The translations under genes and the position numbers were made by a program. A stretch of DNA of 59,099 nt, filler included, from Diploschistes diacapsis (taxonomy: Eukaryota), in NCBI GenBank assembly GCA_023645945.1. It is 4 parts of 4 records of this genome, joined end to end, with 100 filler letters (N's around TTAATTAATTAA, not from the genome) between each part and the next. Parts side by side here need not be neighbours in the genome. Positions count along the whole stretch, not along the records: positions 44,412 to 59,099 come from JALAIB010000591.1; 3 more parts are not named here. One strand, written 5' to 3'. Positions within the stretch are counted from its first letter, which is position 1; the number at the start of each line of letters is the position of its first letter. The notes under the pieces were generated by a model. The model was not told the DNA's origin, did no database searches, and saw only the letters and a list, made by a program, of their open reading frames with translations. This document shows, in pieces, positions 51,207 to 59,099 of the stretch.

Positions 51207-52527
51207 TCATGCCGCGCTTTCATATATCTTATCATCCCCTTCGAAATCAACCGTTGTAGTCACGGTTCTATTGATTATCATTTTACCTTCGGACCCTCTA
51301 TGATTTGGATACGCTGCTGTGAGTTCGTGGCTCCCCTCAACAAGCGATGAAAGGTTACCACTAAGAGACGGCCCGAGCCAGCCTCGACTCGGGGTATGTG
51401 TCCGTGGGGACCTACGGCTTGGTAGTGGGAAACTGAAATATCTGCTGCCTTGCGCGGAGTGATTATTGGCACTCCTGAGATCGCTAGTTAAGAGCCCGGT
51501 CGAGAGGCTATCGATCAGCGGCTTGGTGAAGGGCAAGCACGCCGCAACGACAGAGAACATGGTGTGTATTTCCATTATGATTGCTGTGTTCAGCGCATTG
51601 TAGGTGAGATCCGTATCACTGTTTGAAAGCTCCGTGAAGAGGTAGACGATGCGGAGAACTACCAATGGGATTGTGCTGAATCTAGTAAGTATTGATACTA
51701 TCTTGCCTGCGGAATACTTACAGCAAATTCGGAGTGAAGGTTCCCATGGCTACCAGTTTCTTCGACCTCTGTGTGTGCAATTCCCAAAGCAGAAAGACTG
51801 GAAAGAATCCGATTATTATTTGCAACATGATGTCTATCGCAGCATAGACGGTCCAAAATGCGAGCTATCCACGATGAGCATGCGCAGTTATCTCATCTTA
51901 TCTTCGCTAACATACCAAGTCTATACACCTTCCGCCATCAACGCTCCAGGTCTCTGGTGGTATGCACTGGAAGAGAACAACGATAACGGACACTGCAGTC
52001 CATAGGACGGTAAAGCCGAAGACACCCTTGACCGCTATGCGACGCAATTTTGTACGGGTGAAGGAGGCCAGGAGTTGCAAGACCGCTAGCTTCGCAAGAT
52101 TGGTCGTTACAACATAAAGCACTTGCGCAGCATATGTCGCCTCGGAAGAAATAAGCATTGTAGCTTGTCAAGTCTGATAATCATGATCATTTACTCACCT
52201 TCTGAAAATCCACCAGCTGCAATGGACTTAGAGCTGACTGATGCTGTCCTAGGCCATTAACCACTTGCTGCCATGCTGCTATCGCTTGCGCGATGCCGAC
52301 GATCTGCCCGGCGTGTTCTTAGCTTCAATTCAAGAAGTTTTGTAAGATACGCGACTAACCATGGCCGCCACCATTAGCCCATCGTCCGCCTGAAAGCGCC
52401 CCGCCATTGTCCATTTGGTTGCCACTTTGGTCAAAGTCATGATCACCATAGCCACAAGTGTCAACCATGTTGCTATGTTAACGAGCGGTCCCCGATTGTC
52501 CGCTGTCACTGCCAGAGGGGCAGTCAT
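51207..52527 (-). CDS. PTH11-like (fungal rhodopsin-domain) GPCR-like membrane protein without CFEM
   Basis: DNRGPLVNIATWL..KVATKW..DDGLMVAAM, GLGQH, YAAQVLYV..LAKLAVL, FQCIPPETW, MEIHTMFSVVAACLPFTKP. About 4 introns. Confidence 0.8.
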
Positions 52528-53829
52528 GACAATATATCTTTGCTTGCACACCTACACACGGAAATGCTCCCGAAGCCTGCAATATTTTCTTCTGATACTG
52601 GTAGAGAACTCCTTCCGCCTTGTCCGCAGTGCCAGTTTATAAAGACGCAAAAGAGTACAATACCATTGAAGGGAGGATCAAGTAGCAAAACTGAAGTTCA
52701 TACTCTCAAACGCGAAAGCCAAAGCAGACATCGAAAGAGAAGGTAAGCCATAAGGGTTGGGAAAACCGGCTTCAAGGTCAATCAACAGCACCAGCACAAC
52801 AGTACAAAGTACCAAAGTAGTAGCACAGGGCGCACAGGATCGGTTCCCTTTAAGCGGTTTGTCCGACAATGTGGCTGCTGCTGGAAGCGAAAGCGATGTT
52901 CTGATGATGCAGGCACTGTATGCAGTCGCTCTTCTCTGGAACATTATATCGCGCAATCATAGCGTGACTAGACCGCCAAAGCCAAGTTTCTACCATTTGC
53001 GCAATAGAGGACCGGGGACGTCTCCTAATGGTAGCCTTGCGTTACAGGCTTTACAGGCCTGACAGGCGTGGATCGTAGCGAGATGTGAATGGCGACATTG
53101 GCGAGCAGCCAAGTTCACAAACTGACAGACTGGGAAAGCAGCCCCGGTACTAGATGGTCTAGACCCACGCCCGCCCACTTCTTAACAACATCACCTCCAG
53201 TCAACCTCAAGCCACAGTCTCGCGTGAATCGCTAAACGGAGACGAAAAGCGAACGTGCAGTTGCAGGTATACTCCAATCATTGTTTCTTCACGCAGCGAA
53301 CTTCTATCGTGGCGTGACAATAGTCTCAGTAATCTAGCTAAGTTACAACAGATGTTCTCGGATTGTCAAGTTGTTTATGCGCCAAGTTGAGAGGCTCGCA
53401 CACCTTTTTTCCTTTTTATCAAATTGATAGCATCAACTATGCGAAGAGAGTAGCTGTTGCGCCCCTGTTTGCTACCGCTCGTGGGGTGGCCACTGCAAGG
53501 TTCCTCAGGTTGGTCTACTGCAGGATGAGAAAGGCATGGCTCTGAAAGAGGTATTTTACCATGAATGCTGACAGAACAGCCATCGTGACCTGCAAGAGGA
53601 GTGAGAAAGCCCTGTCAAGGGATACTGCAAGTTCCACGCGGCGTGCGTGGACTCTGGCCTACCTCTTGGTTAGAATCCGTCTCCAGATACAACCTCCCTG
53701 CAATCCCCACTACTTACTCTCTCTATGTTCGGCAGCCTCACTTCTTCTCATATATGGATTCTCCCCCGCAGATGCCTATGCTCCTGATTATCTCCAACTA
53801 GGTATAGCTTCCACTAGGCTTTGCTAGTC

Positions 53830-55532
53830 ATGAACAAGACGCCAGACCTCACGTTCAACATCTTGGAACTGGAACATGAACAGTATGGGCGAGGCTCTAA
53901 GAGATTCAATCAAGATGAAGCACGACTGGCACGCTTTGGCAAGCGTCAGCAACTCCAGGCTCGTCTCTCCGCGAAGATGTGCGTTTCTTGATCTGACGCG
54001 CTTTGATACAGCGAAATTTTAGTCTGCTTTCCGTCGTTGCGCTCACATCGACCTTGATGATAACCTGGGAGGCCATTAATGCGTCAGTGCCAACGGTATC
54101 TCGAGGTCAGCACAGCTCTGACATTATGCAGTACTTTCCAACAAGGGTGGGCAAACGGCGGGGCGGGCACGCTTCTCTACGGCTTCGTCATTGTCTGGAT
54201 CGGCAACATGTTCCAAACTGCAGTCATGGCGGAAATTTCCTCCATGTCAGTTCTTTGACTTCTGAACCATTGCTCTCCGTTAAATGACATAGGATCCCAC
54301 TGTCTGGAGGCCAATACAATTGGGTTGCTTGCCTCGCACCAGCGTCGTGTCGCAGAGAGCTATCCTATTTGACTGGCTGGATGACGATATTCTTTTGGCA
54401 AACGAACGTTGCGAGTGTTGCCTATGTCGCCGGAACAACAATTCAAGGATTGCTTGTGCTCAATTACCCGAGCTATGCTTTCCAACGCTGGCATGGAGTG
54501 TTACTATTCTACGCGGTAGTCGCCGTTGCGCTGTTTGTTAACACCTACCTCGCCCGTCAGCTCCCGAGAATCGAAGCCCTCATCCTCTTCATTCACATCT
54601 TTGGTTTCTTTGCAGTCTTGATCCCATGGGTATATCTAGCTCCTAGTTCCCCCCCTTCTGAGGTTTTTGCCAGCTTTTCATTCACTGGGGGGTGGCCCTC
54701 GGATGGGCTTTCCTTCTTTATCGGGATCAGTCCGTCAATGTACTCATTCATTGGCGTCGACGCCGCATCGCATATTGCAGAGGAGATACAAGATGCTTCG
54801 TCGACAATCCCTAAGAGCATGTGGATAAGCACACTTTTGAATGGCGCTCTTGGCCTTGCCATGATCATCGCTCTCCTCTTCTGCATGGGCGATCCAAATC
54901 AAGCACTCAATGGGCCAAACGATTATCCATTAATCGATATCTGGGCGTATATGGTCGGCTCGAATAATGGCGCGACAGCAATGGCCGTCGTAATAACTGC
55001 AATGTTCAGCTTCGGCTGCATTGGTATTCTCGCTACCGCTTCGCGGATGACATGGGCTTTTGCCCGAGAGAATGGTCTACCCGGCAGCACTTATATTTCG
55101 CGAATTGAGCCGCGCACCTCGTTACCGATATGGTCCATTCTGCAATCGACAGTAAGCAGCCTCGCGCTAGCTCTGATCAGCCTCGGATCTTCGGTTGCTC
55201 TCGAGGATCTCTTTTCGCTCGTCATCGTCGGCTTCTACTCCACGTTCATCCTCTCGGCCTCGGTGATGCTCCACAAGCGGCTGACGACGCCGGACGCGGA
55301 GCTCGACTGGGGCAAGTACCGCCTGGGTCGGGCCGGCGTGCCCGTCACTATCGCCGCGCTCGTTTACAGCATTGCAGGCATGTTCTTCTGCCTATGGCCC
55401 TCGAGCCCGAACCCCGATGCGAAAGAGATGAACTGGACGTCCGTGGTGTTCGTGGGGGCACTGCTGGTAAGCTTGGCCTTCTGGTTCGCGCATGGCCGGA
55501 AAGTGTACAGAGGGCCTGTTATGGAGATCTGA
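53830..55532 (+). CDS. APC-family amino acid/choline/GABA permease
   Basis: DEARLARFGKRQQL|RNFSLLS, NGGAGTLLYGF, MAEISSMIPLSGGQYNWV, GVDAASHIAEEI, ASRMTWAFARENGLP, MNWTSVVF..RKVYRGP. Three short 5' introns. Confidence 0.9.
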
Positions 55533-56055
55533 AACGGCTTGTGTGCCTCGTTCACTATCCACCTAAGCTGTATTTGCTTCTCATGTAAGAGGTATAAATG
55601 TAATAACGCGAGACCCGATCCCATGGAACGTTAGATATCGGTTTTGATTATATTCATCGTGCCTAACAAGTTTTTTTTTCTCGTACAAGACAAGGCCTGT
55701 GGGGGTATCCTCGAGGTCCCAGCTGTTCTAATTGTATATGTAGATCACAGTTAACAAGACCACCCCGCTCGATGGCTCATTTGTCTGGATGGACACAGCC
55801 CCCTCCATGCATCTTTTGCGGCGGGCGCTTAATCTTCAAGACTGTTACAACTCTATTGCACCTCAAAAGCCTTCGAAGTCTAAATACTCGTTGCTTCTGC
55901 GAATGCCAAAAGTCCCTCCTGTTCCTATACTGGACGTTTTGCTTGTCGAGCATCAACCCCTGCATTGGAAGTTCGGGAGACCGTCGGAAGTCTCCCCCGT
56001 AATCCAGCAAAATCAGAGTTCCCGTGGTGAACGGAAGACCTTGTCCCTGTAAACC

Positions 56056-59000
56056 ATGGTCCATTTCAGAGACAGTTTTAAGCACAAGTGGAACCGATTA
56101 GCAAAGAAAGATCAACTGGCTCGGAACAATCAGTTTAGTCATGATAGCGCTACTGCGAGTACCGCTGCTACTGCTGCTGCTCCAACCTCTACACCGCAGT
56201 CTCTTTGGGATCAAGCGTACTGTGCCCTCAAAGCGAAGGACCCCAAAACGGTGGGAGAGTATGAACAGCTTCTTTCAGTGGAATTGGTCGGCCAGGGTAG
56301 GTCTATGTGCCCTTTCAGGTGTGATATCGAAAATGACCAGCGTTCCTGCAGACTCCCACGCGGGTTCGAAACAACCGGATACATCTACACAGAGAAGCCA
56401 AGGTCTAGATTGCACCAACAACCAAATCAAGAATTCAGATCCCAGTTTGCATCAGCTACAGCTTGAGCGAGTCATAAAGCTTGGATTGCGACGTGTAGAC
56501 GAAAAGAAGACCACATATCACATTTGGGGCCATGAATTCATCCTGCAGGACCAAATAGCCCGGACGGCAAAATTTCTAGAGTGGGCATCAGATTGGATCG
56601 GTGATGCGGTTCAAGCATCCCCTCAGGCCTCAGTGGCCTGGGCTGCGGTCTGCATCACCCTGCCGTTACTTACCAAGCCTGCAGTTGCGGAGCAAGCCAA
56701 TCGTGACGGCTTCACATATGTTACGACGCGCATGCGATACTATGTCGCACTCGAGTCGCTACTCTTACCGCAGAGTAAAGATCCTAGGACAAATCCTCTT
56801 CCCACAAGCCTTGAGCTTGAGCTTCAGGGGCACGTCTTAGATCTTTACCAGCATATCCTAGATTTTCAAGTCAGGAGTGTGTTACGATTCTATCGCAGCT
56901 CGTCCAAGAACTTTGGGCGGGATGTTGTTCAGAAAGATGATTGGAACAAGATGCGAAATGTTATTGAGGATCTTGAAAGGATCGTTTACCACGACAGTCA
57001 GCAGATTGGTACTCTAACAGCAAACCAAAATTTAGGCAATCTTGCAAGCGACGCCGGAGCAACCTTGAGCACTGTGCTGAAATTGCTTTCAACTGCAGAG
57101 GAGCAGCTCCGTGTCATTGAGCAGCATCGAGATATATCAAACAAACAACTTTCGATCGGCATTGAACAGCTTCACGTACAGGAAGTCATCGCTAAGAAGA
57201 TGACATCTCAGGAGCAAGAGTGCCATCAGCTCTTTCGTCTCGTGAATGATGAGAAGCAGGAGGGTTCATATGAGTGGTACAAGAACCGTGTTGACGACCG
57301 TGTCGAAGGAACTTGCGAGTGGCTTCTGGAACACCAAAACTACAGTGCATGGAAGAACCAGACTTCAGGCCCTCTTCTTATAACGGCTGACCCTGGCTGC
57401 GGCAAGTCTGTTCTGGCCAAATACTTGATTGACAGCCACTTTTCTCGAACGAATAGTGCTGTTTGTTACTTCTTCTTCAAGGACCAGGATCAGAATACCT
57501 TCAGACAAGCGCTTTGTGCCCTTTTACACCAGCTTTTTACTCAAAAGCCGAACCTCCTCCGCCATGCTCTACCTGAATACTTAGCGAATGGTAAAAGCTT
57601 GGTGAATGTTACTAACTCTCTGGAAAGGATTCTCGCAAACGTTGCACACGATGTTGAGGTGGGACAAATTATCTTCGTTTTGGATGCTCTAGATGAATGC
57701 ACTAGATCCGATTTGCAACAACTGCTTCGAATGATAGAACACCAATTTTCAACTGGTTCTAGCGGCATTGGAAAGGTGAAATATCTACTGACCAGCCGTC
57801 CTTATGAGCAAATCATGTCTGGTTTTACCAGACTTATGGACTCTTTCCCCTCGATCCGAATACCAGGAGAAGAGGCTTCGAGCCGAATCGGCGAAGAAGT
57901 AAATCGTGTGATCGTGTTTCGGCTCAAAAGGTTAGCGAAGGAGAAGAACCTTGACGTGTCCATCAAACATCATCTCCAGCAGTGCTTGACTAGGGTCCCG
58001 AATCGGACATATCTTTGGGTTCATCTTGTGTTCGACTATCTGGAGTCGCGAGTGCTCAAAAAAACTCCAAAGGGCATCGAGGACTCCATTGCTAAATTGC
58101 CAGAAACCGTGAATCAAGCCTACGAGCAGATACTCAGCAAAGCCGAAGACCAGCAAATAGTAAGAAAAGTTTTGTGTATCATTCTTGCAGCCTCTAGACC
58201 CCTTAGTCTGAAGGAGATGAATATTGCTGTGAATGTCGAAGATAGCTTAACCACGTTAGATGACCTGGACCTGGAGGATGAGACCACCTTTCAGGATACT
58301 TTAAGGAGTTGGTGCGGTCTATTTGTTTCTGTCTATAACAACCGGGTGTACCTACTACATCAAACGGCTCGAGAATTCTTGATGGGAGAGCTGCTGCAAG
58401 CTTCTTCACGTCCGTCGGGCTGGCATGGCTCTATACAAGCCCATGAAGCCCATCTCGTACTTGCACATATCTGCATCAAGTGTCTCCTTCTACACCGCAT
58501 CGAGTTCAATGGCACTGACCCTGGGGTTTCAAGGACACTGGAAGAGCTTGATTCAAAAAGGAAGCTTAAAGTCAAGGCGGATGAGGAGATTGAAGTGAAC
58601 TCGAATACAGACACTGAGTCCGATCCCTCTTATGATGACGGTCTCTACGTTGACTTCTTGTACTACTCAAGAGAAGAATGGGGTGTACATTTTTCCCAAA
58701 TAAAACAGAGTGAGGATGCACCAATTGTCCCTTTGGCATTACAGCTTTGCGACCCGTATGAAAAGTCATTCTTATCTTGGCTGCTTCACGGAAATATGTC
58801 GAGGATTGATAAGCGAACAACTCCTCTCATGGTTGCATCCTATTGGGGCGTTGATCAGCTTGTTAACATCATACTACGGGAAGCTGAGCCAAATTTCAAA
58901 GGTCATACTGAAAAGGCGGCCTTGCATTACGTAGCAGAAAGGGGCCACGAGCAAGTCATTAAGTTATTGCTGGACGGAGGAGCTGAACCAAATTTGAAAG

Positions 59001-59099
59001 ATTCTGATGAAATGACGGCCTTGCATCAGGCAGCCAAAAATGGCCACGATCAAGTGGTTAAGTTATTGCTGGACGGAGGAGCTGAGCTAAATTTAAAAG
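56056..59099 (+). CDS. Fungal NLR-like protein: NACHT_N-type N-terminus, NACHT NTPase and ankyrin repeats (3' truncated; absent from the ORF track)
   Basis: Exon 1 LWDQAY, intron ~56298-56351, ASVAWAAVCITLP, RVEGTCEWLL, Walker A ADPGCGKS (57386-57409), Walker B FVLDALDEC, LLTSRP, LLHQTAREFL, then ankyrins TPLMVAS / TALHQAAKNGHDQVVKLLLDGGA to the window end. Confidence 0.9.
58883..59099 (+). repeat. 99-bp ankyrin-coding tandem repeats with high nucleotide identity
   Basis: GCTGA.C.AAATTT.AAAG recurs at 58883, 58982 and 59081. TTAAGTTATTGCTGGACGGAGGAGCTGA is identical in two units. Confidence 0.85.

Noticed and set aside
56056..56300. Amyloid signalling motif at the NLR N-terminus with an adjacent HeLo/HELL effector
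   Set aside because: No HET-s-, PP- or sigma-like G/N/Q pseudo-repeat is visible, and the upstream neighbour is a permease.

Overview
Intron-containing filamentous ascomycete (Pezizomycotina) DNA. The window is not contiguous. It consists of four contigs of about 14.7 kb (1-14708, 14809-29515, 29616-44311, 44412-59099) joined by artificial N44-TTAATTAATTAA-N44 linkers, so adjacency is meaningful only within a contig. Contig 1 holds a RIP-eroded hAT-like MITE, a Sip3/Lam1-type BAR-PH-VASt gene, an FWD-1-like F-box/WD40 gene, a divergent gaaA/gaaC galacturonate pair in which gaaC is a pseudogene, and a DUF1275 membrane protein. Contig 2 holds Sam35, dynactin p25, a GMC oxidoreductase fused to a Cys-nucleophile alpha/beta-hydrolase, a Mae1/SLAC1-family transporter tail-to-tail with a beta-carbonic anhydrase, and a second MITE copy. 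Contig 3 holds two divergent Myb/SANT genes, Crh2/Utr2 (GH16), two tandem orphan genes sharing an N-terminal MC..C[GE]H..CxxC module, and the 3' end of Dom34. Contig 4 looks accessory or defence-related: a decayed killer-toxin-like GH18 subgroup-C chitinase, a PTH11-like GPCR, an amino-acid permease and a NACHT-ankyrin NLR that runs off the end. All calls come from manual reading and recalled family motifs. No searches were run, exon boundaries are predictions, and no clearly new multi-gene system could be proven.
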